Positions 25,401 through 37,997 of a stretch of 64,000 bases of DNA are shown piece after piece. The notes below the pieces were generated by a model that worked only from the letters and a program-made list of their open reading frames with translations, searched no databases and was not told the DNA's origin. Origin of the DNA: Macrostomum lignano. Its lineage: Eukaryota. Made by a program: the position numbers and the translations under genes. The stretch lies in the NCBI GenBank assembly GCA_002269645.1, contig NIVC01001340.1, forward strand, positions 310,001 through 374,000, given 5' to 3'. How positions within the stretch are numbered: position 1 is the stretch's first letter; the number at the start of each line of letters is the position of its first letter.

Positions 25401-28400
25401 GGTCAGGTGTCTAATACAATCCTGCTAGGCAGGGTCAGGTGTCTAATACAATCCTGCTAGGCAGGGTCAGGTGTCTAATACAATCCTGCTAGGCAGGGTC
25501 AGGTGTCTAATACAATACTGCTAGACAGGGTCAGGTGTCTAATACAATCCTGCTAGACAGGGTCAGGTGTCTAATACAATCCTGCTAGGCAGGGTCAGGT
25601 GTCTAATACAATCCTGCTAGGCAGGGTCAGGTGTCTAATACAATCCTGCTAGACAGGGTCAGGTGTCTAATACAATCCTGCTAGGCAGGGTCAGGTGTCT
25701 AATACAATCCTGCTAGGCAGGGTCAGGTGTCTAATACAATCCTGCTAGACAGGGTCAGGTGTCTAATACAATCCTGCTAGGCAGGGTCAGGTGTCTAATA
25801 CAATCCTGCTAGGCAGGGTCAGGTGTCTAATACAATCCTGCTAGACAGGGTCAGGTGTCTAATACAATCCTGCTAGGCAGGGTCAGGTGTCTAATACAAT
25901 CCTGCTAGGCAGGGTCAGGTGTCTAATACAATCCTGCTAGACAGGGTCAGGTGTCTAACACAATCCTGCTAGGCAGGATCAGGTGTCTAATACAATCCTG
26001 CTAGACAGGGTCAGGTGTCTAATACAATCCTGCTAGACAGGGTCAGGTGTCTAATACAATCCTGCTAGACAGGGTCAGGTGTCTAATACAATCCTGCTAG
26101 GCAGGGTCAGGTGTCTAATACAATCCTGCTAGGCAGGGTCAGGTGTCTAATACAATCCTGCTAGACAGGGTCAGGTGTCTAATACAATCCTGCTAGACAG
26201 GGTCAGGTGTCTAATACAATCCTGCTAGACAGGGTCAGGTGTCTAATACAATCCTGCTAGGCAGGGTCAGGTGTCTAATACAATCCTGCTAGGCAGGGTC
26301 AGGTGTCTAATACAATCCTGCTAGGCAGGGTCAGGTGTCTAATACAATCCTGCAAGGCAGGGTCAGGTGTCTAATACAATCCTGCAAGGCAGGGTCAGGT
26401 GTCTAATACAATCCTGCTAGACAGGGTCAGGTGTCTAATACAATCCTGCTAGGCAGGGTCAGGTGTCTAATACAATCCTGCAAGGCAGGGTCAGGTGTCT
26501 AATACAATCCTGCTAGGCAGGGTCAGGTGTCTAATACAATACTGCTAGACAGGGTCAGGTGTCTAATACAATCCTGCTAGGCAGGGTCAGGTGTCTAACA
26601 CAATCCTGCTAGGCAGGATCAGGTGTCTAATACAATCCTGCTAGACAGGGTCAGGTGTCTAATACAATCCTGCTAGACAGGGTCAGGTGTCTAATACAAT
26701 CCTGCTAGACAGGGTCAGGTGTCTAATACAATCCTGCTAGACAGGGTCAGGTGTCTAATACAATCCTGCTAGGCAGGGTCAGGTGTCTAATACAATCCTG
26801 CTAGGCAGGGTCAGGTGTCTAATACAATCCTGCTAGGCAGGGTCAGGTGTCTAATACAATCCTGCTAGACAGGGTCAGGTGTCTAATACAATCCTGCTAG
26901 GCAGGGTCAGGTGTCTAATACAATCCTGCTAGGCAGGGTCAGGTGTCTAATACAATCCTGCTAGACAGGGTCAGGTGTCTAATACAATCCTGCTAGGCAG
27001 GGTCAGGTGTCTAATACAATCCTGCTAGACAGGGTCAGGTGTCTAATACAATCCTGCTAGGCAGGGTCAGGTGTCTAATACAATCCTGCTAGACAGGGTC
27101 AGGTGTCTAATACAATCCTGCTAGGCAGGGTCAGGAGTCTAACACAATCCTGCTAGGCAGGATCAGGTGTCTAATACAATCCTGCTAGACAGGGTCAGGT
27201 GTCTAATACAATCCTGCTAGACAGGGTCAGGTGTCTAATACAATCCTGCTAGACAGGGTCAGGTGTCTAATACAATCCTGCTAGGCAGGGTCAGGTGTCT
27301 AATACAATCCTGCTAGGCAGGGTCAGGTGTCTAATACAATCCTGCTAGACAGGGTCAGGTGTCTAATACAATCCTGCTAGGCAGGGTCAGGTGTCTAATA
27401 CAATCCTGCTAGGCAGGGTCAGGTGTCTAATACAATCCTGCTAGGCAGGGTCAGGTGTCTAATACAATCCTGCTAGGCAGGGTCAGGTGTCTAATACAAT
27501 CCTGCTAGGCAGGGTCAGGTGTCTAATACAATCCTGCTAGACAGGGTCAGGTGTCTAATACAATCCTGCTAGACAGGGTCAGGTGTCTAATACAATCCTG
27601 CTAGGCAGGGTCAGGTGTCTAATACAATCCTGGTAGCAACAATTTCATATTGAAACCGATCCGCTGTGCCTCGCAGGTCTCCCCAGCCAGACTTGAGCGG
27701 GCCCTGGAACAGTCTCGCAATACGATTCCTGATTCGCCACTGGCCTGGCTAGTTGACATCTGCGCTATTATCGATCTGGACATGGTCTACGATAAAAAAG
27801 AGGATTGGACTCGAACGGATCTTAGTGAGTTGCAGTTTTTTTAATAATATTTATCATACGCAAAATAAAAAAACTTCATATAAATTCAAGGTTTCTTTCC
27901 GAGAAAACCTCTTAAAATTCGCCTACTAATGATACGAGTATCAATGGCCCCTCTAGAGAGTCTAGACAGTCAACAATATCCCTCAAAATCGCCCCCTAAA
28001 CAGTCAACAATATCCCCCGAAATCGCCTTCTAAACAGTCAACAATATCCCCCGAAATCGCCCCCTAAACAGTCAACAATATCCCCCGAAATCGCCCCCTA
28101 AACAGTCAACAATATCCCCCGAAATCGGCTCTAAACAGTCAACAATATCCCCCGAAATCGCCCTCTAAACAGTCAACAATATCCCCCGAAATCGCCTTCT
28201 AAACAGTCAACAATATCCCCCGAAATCGCCTTCTAAACAGTCAACAATATCCCCCCGAAATCGCCCTTTTAACAGTCAACAATATCCCCCGAAATCGCCC
28301 TTTTAACAGTCAACAATATCCCCAAAATCGCCCTCTAGACAGTCAATAATATCCCCAAAATCGCCCTCAAAACAGTAAACAATTTCCAAAATCGCCCTCT

Positions 28401-31400
28401 AAATATTGGGGATCAACAATATCCCCAAAATCGCCCTTTAAACAGTCAACAATATCCCCAAAATCGCCCTCTAAACAGTCAACAAAATCCACCGAAATCG
28501 CCCTCTAAACAGTCAACAATATCCCCCGAAATCGCCCCCTAAACAGTCAACAATATCCCCCGAAATCGGCTCTAAACAGTCAACAATATCCCCCGAAATC
28601 GCCCTCTAAACAGTCAACAATATCCCCAAAATCGCCCTCTAGACAGTCAATAATATCCCCAAAATCGCCCTCAAAACAGTAAACAATTTCCAAAATCGCC
28701 CTCTAAATATTGGGGATCAACAATATCCCCAAAATCGCCCTCTAAACAGTCAACAATATCCCCAAAATCGCCCTCTAAACAGTCAACAATATCCCCCGAA
28801 ATCGCCTCTAAACAGTCAACAATATCCCCCGAAATCGCCCCCAAAACAGTCAACAATATCCCCCGAAATCGCCCCCTAAACAGTCAACAATATCCCCCGA
28901 AATCGCCCCCTAAACAGTCAAAAATATCCCCCGAAATCGGCTCTAAACAGTCAACAATATCCCCCGAAATCGCCTTCTAAACAGTCAACAATATCCCCCG
29001 AAATCGCCTTCTAAACAGTCAACAATATCCCCCGAAATCGCCCTTTTAACAGTCAACAATATCCCCCGAAATCGTCCTTTTAACAGTCAACAATATCCCC
29101 AAAATCGCCCTCTAGACAGTCAATAATATCCCCAAAATCGCCCTCAAAACAGTAAACAATTTCCAAAATCGCTCTCTAAATATTGGGGATCAACAATATC
29201 CCCAAAATCGCCCTCTAAACAGTCAACAATATCCCCAAAATCGCCCTCTAAACAGTCAACAATATCCCCAAAATCGCCCTCTAAACAGTCAATAATATCC
29301 CCAAAATCGCCCTCAAAACAGTTAACAATATCCAAAATCGCCCTCTAAATATTGGGGATCAACAATATCCCCAAAATCGCCCTCTAAACAGTCAACAATG
29401 TCCCCAAAATCGCCCTCTAAACAGTCAACAATATCCACCGAAATCGCCCTCTAAACAGTCAACAAAATCCACCGAAATCGCCCTCTAAACAGTCAACAAT
29501 ATCCACCGAAATCGCCCTCTAAACAGTCAACAATATCCACCGAAATCGCCCTCTAAGCAGTCTATAAAAACACCAAAACCCTCAAGGTGGCCAACAATAC
29601 ATATATTAATTGTTGTTCACCTCCCGCAGATTTCCCTAGCAACCATTTGCCCAACGCCAGCCGTCAGCTGCTCAACCGTCTACTTGAGTCAGTTTCGGAC
29701 GAAGTGAAGCGCCGTTTCTATCTGCACGCCTGCCAGCGTCTGGTGAAGCAGTCCGAGAAACAGGCCGGCGCTTTCGGCACCCGAGCCGTGCTGCAGCTGG
29801 CTGTCCGACTGCTGCCGCAGTTGCCGGGCCACGCTGATTGTCGCCAGCGAATGCGCGAACTGTTTGACTCGGCTAGGGGCACCAGGGCCGCCTTTGCCGC
29901 TCTGATGTGGGCGCTTGGCCAGACCGCCTATAAGTGAGATCTTATGGATTCTCTATTGGCTTCCTGAGATTCTTCTCATATTTAGTCTGTTTGTCTCCTA
30001 GATTCGTATGAGATTGTCCATTATATACTTAGAATCTTTCCACAGGTTGTCTGTTGAAATCCTAGAATCTTCCCATAGGTTGTCTGTTCGATTCCTAGAA
30101 TATTATTATAGGTTGTCTGTTGGATTCCTAGAATATTATTATAGGTTGTCTGTTCGATTCCTGGAATCTTCTCATGTGTTGTCTCTTGGATTCTAGAATC
30201 TTCCCATAGGTTGTCGGTTGGATTCCTAGAATATTATTATAGGTTGTCTGTTGGATTCCTAGAATATCATTATAGGTTGTCTGTTCGATTCCTGGAATCT
30301 TCTCATGTGTTGTCTCTTGGATTGTAGAATCTTCCCATAGGTTGTCGGTTGGATTCCTAGAATATTATTATAGGTTGTCTGTTGGATTCCTGGAATCTTC
30401 CCATAGGTTGTCGGTTTGGATTCCTAGAATATTATTATAGGTTGTCCTATTGGATTATTAGAAACTTAGAATTCCTATAACAAACAATGCTTAAATACCC
30501 CCCTTTAACAGGGACCGCGCCACCGGTCTCCAGGTGCTCATCGACTGCGCTCTGCCGGCCGGCGATGGCCAACTCCTGGCCACCAGGTGGGCCGCGCCCG
30601 ACCTGCTGGACACCCTGGACGAGCTCACTCGAGACCAGGCCGCCGCCTCCACCAAGCTGTCGCTGCGACACGCCGCCGGCCTGCTCGACGCCGCCGCCCT
30701 GGCCGGGCCCGGCCAGACCTGCGACCGCCTGCAGCGCTGCCTCGCCCGCCTCCGCCCGGCCTGGCAGCGCCTGGCCGCCTCCGCCAGCCCGGAGCCCGAC
30801 GCCTGCGCCCGCCTGCTGGCCGCCCTGCGCCGCTGGGACACCGCCGCTCCGCCAGGCGACCTGCCCTGGCAGTGCCTGATGGACAGCCTGCGTGCCGGCC
30901 CGCCTGACCTGCTGGCCAACCTGCCGTTCTCACCTGAGGCCGCCTCCGACCTGCGCTTGCTGCGCGAGGCTCTCGACACCAACTGCGGCAAGGACGGCGA
31001 AGGCGCGTTCGGCCGCGCGGCCCGGCTGTCCCTGTCTGTCCGGCTGGCCTCGCAGCCCACGAATTCGCCGCCGTTCCCGTCGGACATTGTCAAGATGGCC
31101 GCGGCCGGCGCTGCCGAAGCTGCCGCCGCCAGTCTGAGCAGTCGATCCGGTCGTCGGCGCGGTGGCAATGGGATTTGCGGTTTTGTTGGCCGAGTTCTGC
31201 TCCGGCTGATGCGGCTGGCCAGCCTGCTGCTGCTGGTTGCCATGGTTACTGCTAGCGTCCTTTGCGCCCTGGCGTTTGTGCCGCGCGGACAGATGCCGTC
31301 TTTTGGTGAGTTCCGGCTTCTGGGTTTCTCTCAAATTCTCGGACTGGCCACTGCCGTCCTCCCAGATTCTCAGGCTTAGCCTCTGGATTATACTCAGTTC

Positions 31401-33046
31401 CGCTCCCAGATCTTCAGGATTGATCTCAGGATTATCTCCTCACGATTATCACCTCACGATTATCCCCTCACGATTATCCCCTCACGATTATCCCCTCACG
31501 ATTATCACCTCACGATTATCCCCTCACGATTATCCCCTCACGATTATCACCTCACGATTATCCCCTCACGATTATCCCCTCACGATTATCCCCTCACGAT
31601 TATCCCCTCACGATTATTACCTCACGATTATCCCCTCACGATTATCCCCTCACGATTATCCCCTCACGGTTATCCCCTCACGATTATCCCCTCACGATTA
31701 TCCCCTCACGGTTATCCCCTCACGATTATCCCCTCATGGTTATCCCCTCACGATTATCCCCTCACGATTATCCCCTCACGATTATCCCCTCACGATTATC
31801 CCCTCACGGTTATCCCCTCACGATTATCCCCTAACGATTATCCCCTCACGATTATCCCCTCACGATTATCCCCTCACGGTTATCCCCTCACGATTATCCC
31901 CTCACGATTATCACCTCACGATTATCCCCTCACGATTATCACCTCACGATTATCCCCTCACGATTATCCCCTCACGATTATTACCTCACGATTATCCCCT
32001 CACGATTATCCCCTCACGGTTATCCCCTCACGATTATCCCCTCACGATTATCCCCTCAGGATTATCCTCATGATTATCCTCTCAGGAATCGTCAGAATTA
32101 TACTCAGGCTTAGCCTCTCTCCTAGTAAGTCAAGTAAGGCAAATAGCCTCTCTCCCAGATCCTTAGGATTATCCTCAGTCCCACTCCCAGATCCTCTGAG
32201 TTGCTATACACCGCATATCACTTCAACCACAGTGCACCCAGTCCGCGACTACCTGGAGGACCGGCTGGTGCTGTACCATGTCCGGCGTCTGCACTCAGAA
32301 TGCCGTATCTACTATGAGCGCAACATCTCGCCCGAGCTGCTCCGCCTGTGGGACCGCCTTGCTGACGTTTATCACGACTCGCTGCTGCCCAAGTGCCGCC
32401 AAGTTGGCCAGGCTTGGCGGGAGCACTCACAGCCCAGGCTGGCCGCCGCCTGGGCCGCCTGGTTGCACTTTTATCGGGAGCAGGCCCTGCCCTGGATGAC
32501 CGCCGTTTGGCTGACCGCTAGAAACGGAGTCGTGGACGCGTGGCAGTACGCTGAGGCTGAGGTGAGATCTTTATTGTTGGCATAGCTCTGTACTCGTGTT
32601 TTAAGTGGTGTCTGTCATCTTCATGTCTTCATCCTATTGATAATGAGATTTCTAACATTGATAATGGCATCTTTATCACCTTGATAATGGCATCTCTCAC
32701 ATTGATAATGGGATTTCTAACATTGATAATGGCATCTCTATCACATTGATAATGGCATCTCTATCACATTGATAATGGGATCTCTCATATTGAAAATGGC
32801 ATCTCTATCACATTGATAATGGCATCTCTCACATTGATAATGGCATCTCTCACATTGATAATGGCATCTCTCACATTGATAATGGCATCTCTCACATTGA
32901 TAATGGCATGTTTCCAGATGCGGCTCTACATGCCGAATGTTGTGGCCTGGTTGGGCAACGCTGTAGACTTCTGTATTCAGCGCACTACAGATGCCCTGCA
33001 CTATCTCGCTGCCCAGGTTAAATACCTGTACTCCCTGGCCATCTAG
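22446..33046 (+). CDS. TMEM214: Transmembrane protein 214 homologue, 7 exons
   Basis: Phase-consistent GT-AG exons 22446-22548, 22865-23094, 27677-27824, 29630-29933, 30512-31305, 32233-32561, 32918-33046. LERALEQSRNTIPDSPLAWLVDI, FPSNHLPNASRQLLNRLL, LMWALGQTAYKDRATGLQV and a TM segment LASLLLLVAMVTASVL correspond to human TMEM214 segments (e.g. IMWALGQAG). Confidence 0.85.
23210..27635. repeat. 32-bp satellite (aatacaatcctgctaggcagggtcaggtgtct), ~138 copies, TMEM214 intron 2
   Basis: Highly homogeneous head-to-tail array with no spacers. Confidence 0.98.
27955..29555. repeat. ~32-33-bp minisatellite (aaacagtcaacaatatccccgaaatcgccctct), TMEM214 intron 3
   Basis: About 48 imperfect copies. 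Confidence 0.95.
30010..30450. repeat. Degenerate minisatellite (attcctagaatattattataggttgtctgttgg), TMEM214 intron 4
   Basis: About 12 imperfect copies. Confidence 0.85.
31425..32065. repeat. 14-bp minisatellite (cacgattatcccct), TMEM214 intron 5
   Basis: About 45 copies. Confidence 0.95.
32635..32910. repeat. ~21-bp minisatellite (ctctcacattgataatggcat), TMEM214 intron 6
   Basis: About 12 copies. Confidence 0.9.
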
Positions 33047-33189
33047 ACTGCCTCAACTGCGCTTGGAACATGGATATTAATTAATGCTAACCTTGCTGAT
33101 TCATTTCATCCAATGCATTATCATCTATACTGCTTACATTGACTTTTGATTGGCGTGAACTGTGACTTTTAGCGATCGACGACTAATGC

Positions 33190-33510
33190 GATAATCGCCC
33201 TCAACCCCATAAAGAATCGCCCTCAACCCCATAGAGAATCACCCTCAACCCCATAGAGAATCGCCCTCAACCCCATAAAGAATCGCCCTCGACCCCAAAG
33301 AGAATGGCCCTCCAACCCCATCTAGAATGGCCCTCAACCCTATAGAGAATCGCCCTCAACCCCATAGAGAATCGCCCTCAACCCCATAAAGAATCGCCCT
33401 CGACCCCAAAGAGAATGGCCCTCCAACCCCATCTAGAATGGCCCTCAACCCTATAGAGAATCGCCCTCAACCCTATAGAGAATCGCCCTCAACCCCATAG
33501 AGAATCGCTC
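33190..33510. repeat. ~22-bp minisatellite (gaatcgccctcaaccccataga) downstream of TMEM214
   Basis: About 14 imperfect copies. Confidence 0.88.
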
Positions 33511-34409
33511 TCGTTTAGTTGCTAGGCAAACTCAAAGTGAACTTACAGCATTAGTCGTTGATTTAGCCATAATTTTATCCAGCTTTTCGGTAAATTTTGT
33601 TTTGCTGACTTATGTTCTCTTCAGGTGTTGACGTGAGCTGAAAAAACGGTTGATTTGACTTTTATAAAAAATGCTCGCCCTACTCACTTATAGTAGTATC
33701 GACCCCTAAATAGCTACCGTGCAATCTGTTCTGTTCAGAGCCGCCCCCTGTTTGCCATCGGATCATCAGATGTATTTAACTTTTTTTGTTTTAGCATGGT
33801 TTCTTTGCCGTTTGAATTCTATATACCAAAAAACATGTTTGGTTTTTTGACGTAATTTTATTTGTGATATTTAAGTCTGTCATTAAATTATATAAAATCA
33901 AAGACCATAAATTAATTTAAAAAGAGTCGCTAATCTTCATCTATCTATGTCTGTCTCAGTGTTCAGATTTTGTTCCTTTTCAACCCGGCATTCCTTTCAT
34001 TAAAAATTCTCTAAACAATAAATTAAACACTAAATATTGTGTCTTGTAAGTTTGGTATATGAACTCTCGCTGGGACCCAATTGACTTCTATGTCATCGTT
34101 AATTGTAAATGGTCAGTATTTCTGTGTTTGCACTAATTATTATGCTTTAAAACTAACTAATTTTATATATAAGTATGAATTATGAATTATGAATTATGAG
34201 CTGATAAAATTTCCAAAAAACTATTTAAAAGCTTTTTATTCATTAATTCATATAAATATATCCCAGTAAAGTTGATAGATCGCATAATCATGTTGTTTGT
34301 TTGTGTCAATTTATTTTTTTACTGTTTCTAATGTAATATTAACAGGATTAGTTATTCACTTTGAGTAAATATGAGAGGTTTTTGCCCGCATGACTTAAGA
34401 GAGATCCGA

Positions 34410-35460
34410 GGTTTTGATGGTGGAGTCAGAGGGTTGGATGGTGGAGTCTGAGGGTTGGATGGTGGAATCTGAGGGTTGGATGGTGGAATCTGAGGGTTGG
34501 ATGGTGGAATCTGAGGGTTGGATGGTGGAATCTGAGGGTTGGATGGTGGAATCTGAGGGTTGGATGGTGGAATCTGAGGGTTGGATGGTGGAATCTGAGG
34601 GTTGGATGGTGGAATCTGAGGGTTGGATGGTGGAGTCTGAGGGTTGGATGGTGGAATCTGAGGGTTGGATGGTGGAGTCTGAGGGTTGGATGGTGAAATC
34701 TGAGGGTTGGATGGTGGAGTCTGAGGGTTGGATGGTGGAGTCTGAGGGTTGGATGGTGGAGTCTGAGGGTTGGATGGTGGAATCTGAGGGTTGGATGGTG
34801 GAGTCTGAGGGTTGGATGGTGGAGTCTGAGGGTTGGATGGTGGAGTCTGAGGGTTGGATGGTGGAGTCTGAAGGGTTGGATGGTGGAGTCTGAAGGGTTG
34901 GATGGTGGAATCTGAGGGTTGGATGGTGGAATCTGAGGGTTGGATGGTGGAATCTGAGGGTTGGATGGTGGAATCTGAGGGTTGGATGGTGGAGTCTGAG
35001 GGTTGGATGGTGGAATCTGAGGGTTGGATGGTGGAATCTGAGGGTTGGATGGTGGAATCTGAGGGTTGGATGGTGGAATCTGAGGGTTGGATGGTGGAGT
35101 CTGAGGGTTGGATGGTGGAGTCTGAGGGTTGGATGGTGGAGTCTGAAGGGTTGGATGGTGGAGTCTGAGGGTTGAATGGTGGAGTCTGAGGGTTGGTGGC
35201 AGTCTGGGGGTTGGATGGTGGAGTCTGAGGGTTGGATGATGGAGTATGGGGGTTGGATGGTGGCAGTCTGGGGGTTGGATGGTGGAGTCTGAGGGTTGAA
35301 TGGTGGAGTCTGAGGGTTGGATGGTGGAGTCTGAGGGTTGGATGGTGGCAGTCTGGGGGTTGGATGGTGGCAGTCTGGGGGTTGGATGGTGGCAGTCTGG
35401 GGGTTGGATGGTGGAATGGTGGAGTCTTAAGGTTGGGTAGTAAGTACAGTCTGAAGGTAG
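34410..35460. repeat. 21-bp minisatellite A (gagggttggatggtggaatct)
   Basis: About 48 copies, degenerating toward 35460. Confidence 0.95.
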
Positions 35461-37315
35461 GGTGATGCAGCCTGAAGGTAGGGTGGTAAAGCCTGAAGGT
35501 AGGGTGATAAAGCCTGAAGGTAGGGTGGTAAAACCTGAAGGTATGGTGATAAAGCCTGAAGGTAGGGTGGTAAAGCCTGAAGGTAGGGTGATGCAGCCTG
35601 AAGGTAGGGTGGTAAAGCCTGAAGGTAGGGTGGTAAAGCCTGAAGGTAGGGTGATGCAGCCTGAAGGTAGGGTGGTAAAGCCTGAAGGTAGGGTGATGCA
35701 GCCTGAAGGTAGGGTGGTAAAACCTGAAGGTATGGTGATAAAGCCTGAAGGTAGGGTGGTAAAGCCTGAAGGTAGGGTGATGCAGCCTGAAGGTAGGGTG
35801 GTAAAGCCTGAAGGTAGGGTGGTAAAGCCTGAAGGTAGGGTGGTAAAGCCTGAAGGTAGGGTGGTAAAGCCTGAAGGTAGGGTGGTAAAGCCTGAAGGTA
35901 GGGTGGTAAAGCCTGAAGGTAGGGTGGTAAAGCCTGAAGGTAGGGTGGTAAAGCCTGAAGGTAGGGTGGTAAAGCCTGAAGGTAGGGTGGTAAAGCCTGA
36001 AGGTATGGTGGTAAAGCCTGAAGGTAGGGTGGTAAAGCCTGAAGGTAGGATGGTAAAGCCTGAAGGTAGGGTGATGCAGCCTGAAGGTAGGGTGGTAAAG
36101 CCTGAAGGTAGGGTGGTAAAGCCTGAAGGTATGGTGGTAAAGCCTGAAGGTAGGGTGGTAAAGCCTGAAGGTAGGATGGTAAAGCCTGAAGGTAGGGTGG
36201 TAAAGCCTGAAGGTAGGGTGGTGCAGCCTGAAGGTTGGGTGGTAAAGCCTGAAGGTTGGGTGGTAAAGCCTGAAGGTTGGGTGGTAAAGCCTGAAGGTTG
36301 GGTGGTAAAGCCTGAAGGTAGGGTGGTAAAGCCTGAAGGTTGGGTGGTAAAGCCTGAAGGTTGGGTGGTAAAGCCTGAAGGTAGGGTGGTAAAGCCTGAA
36401 GGTAGGGTGGTAAAGCCTGAAGGTAGGGTGGTAAAGCCTGAAGGTAGGGTGGTAAAGCCTGAAGGTATGGTGGTAAAGCCTGAAGGTAGGGTGGTAAAGC
36501 CTGAAGGTAGGATGGTAAAGCCTGAAGGTAGGGTGATGCAGCCTGAAGGTAGGGTGATGCAGCCTGAAGGTAGGGTGGTAAAGCCTGAAGGTAGGGTGGT
36601 AAAGCCTGAAGGTAGGGTGGTAAAGCCTGAAGGTAGGATGGTAAAGCCTGAAGGTAGGGTGATGCAGCCTGAAGGTAGGGTGGTAAAGCCTGAAGGTAGG
36701 GTGGTAAAGCCTGAAGGTAGGATGGTAAAGCCTGAAGGTAGGATGGTAAAGCCTGAAGGTAGGGTGGTAAAGCCTGAAGGTTGGGTGGTAAAGCCTGAAG
36801 GTTGGGTGGTAAAGCCTGAAGGTTGGGTGGTGCAGCCTGAAGGTTGGGTGGTAAAGCCTGAAGGTTGGGTGGTAAAGCCTGAAGGTTGGGTGGTAAAGCC
36901 TGAAGGTTGGGTGGTAAAGCCTGAAGGTTGGGTGGTAAAGCCTGAAGGTAGGATGGTAAAGCCTGAAGGTTGGGTGGTAAAGCCTGAAGGTAGGATGGTA
37001 AAGCCTGAAGGTAGGGTGGTAAAGCCTGAAGGTAGGATGGTAAAGCCTGAAGGTTGGGTGGTAAAGCCTGAAGGTTGGGTGGTAAAGCCTGAAGGTTGGG
37101 TGGTAAAGCCTGAAGGTTGGGTGGTAAAGCCTGAAGGTTGGGTGGTAAAGCCTGAAGGTAGGATGGTAAAGCCTGAAGGTTGGGTGGTAAAGCCTGAAGG
37201 TAGGATGGTAAAGCCTGAAGGTAGGGTGGTAAAGCCTGAAGGTAGGATGGTAAAGCCTGAAGGTTGGGTGGTAAAGCCTGAAGGTTGGGTGGTAAAGCCT
37301 GAAGGTTGGGTGGCC
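35460..37315. repeat. 21-bp minisatellite B (gcctgaaggtagggtggtaaa)
   Basis: About 88 copies; creates the 624-aa and 967-aa repeat ORFs. Confidence 0.97.
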
Positions 37316-37997
37316 CAGCTAGCTGGCAAAGCCTGAATTAGTTAGGTATTATAAGCAAGCCACTATTGAATAATTCATGCAGCCACGTTCTCAACGTGCC
37401 GAATGCGCTGAACTCAGAGCGATATTCTCTGCATCAAAACGTTTACTATCGGCACAGACTCTGCCGCTTTGAAATTATTGAATTTCACGCTGCCAGAGCT
37501 GCACTGCACAGTCTGAGCCTTGCGATTTCGGTGGCGCATGGATAGCTACTGGGAGAGTGAGTGCCGGGTTATTGCTAACAACCCCACTTTTCAGACCAGA
37601 GTTGCTAACTCCATCTTCCTTGTAGCATCTCGGCTGGGTTTTGATTGTTTAACTAGCAGAGACCAGTTAGGCTTGCTCAGATTCCCGACCAAATGGCAGC
37701 AAGTTTGAGTAGACAGGCAGACAGACACGGACAGACTTATGGACAGAAGTTATAAACAGACACTGACGGGTAAGTAAACAGACACTGACAGACAAGTAAA
37801 CAGACACTGACAGGCAAATGGACAGGCAGGTGTACAGACACTTATAGACAAGTATATAGATACATAGACAGGCAAGTGGACAGGCATTAATAAGCAAGTG
37901 GACAGACACTGACAGACGAAAGGACAGGCACACAGACAGGAATGCAGCGAAGCCCCTACCGCCCCTTGTAAATATCTGTTTACACTCCACCGCAGGC

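Noticed and set aside
23210-27635. 32-bp repeat array as a CRISPR
   Set aside because: Units are head-to-tail with no unique spacers, there are no cas genes, and it lies inside a eukaryotic intron.
30491-31334. Long antisense ORFs over TMEM214 exon 5 and over the retrotransposon pol genes
   Set aside because: Shadow ORFs of GC-rich coding sequence.
34414-37336. 967-aa, 624-aa and 159-aa repeat ORFs (PSGFTTL / VVKPEGR / VESEGWM)
   Set aside because: By-products of 21-bp units lacking stops; open on both strands, with no unique flanking domains or splice context.
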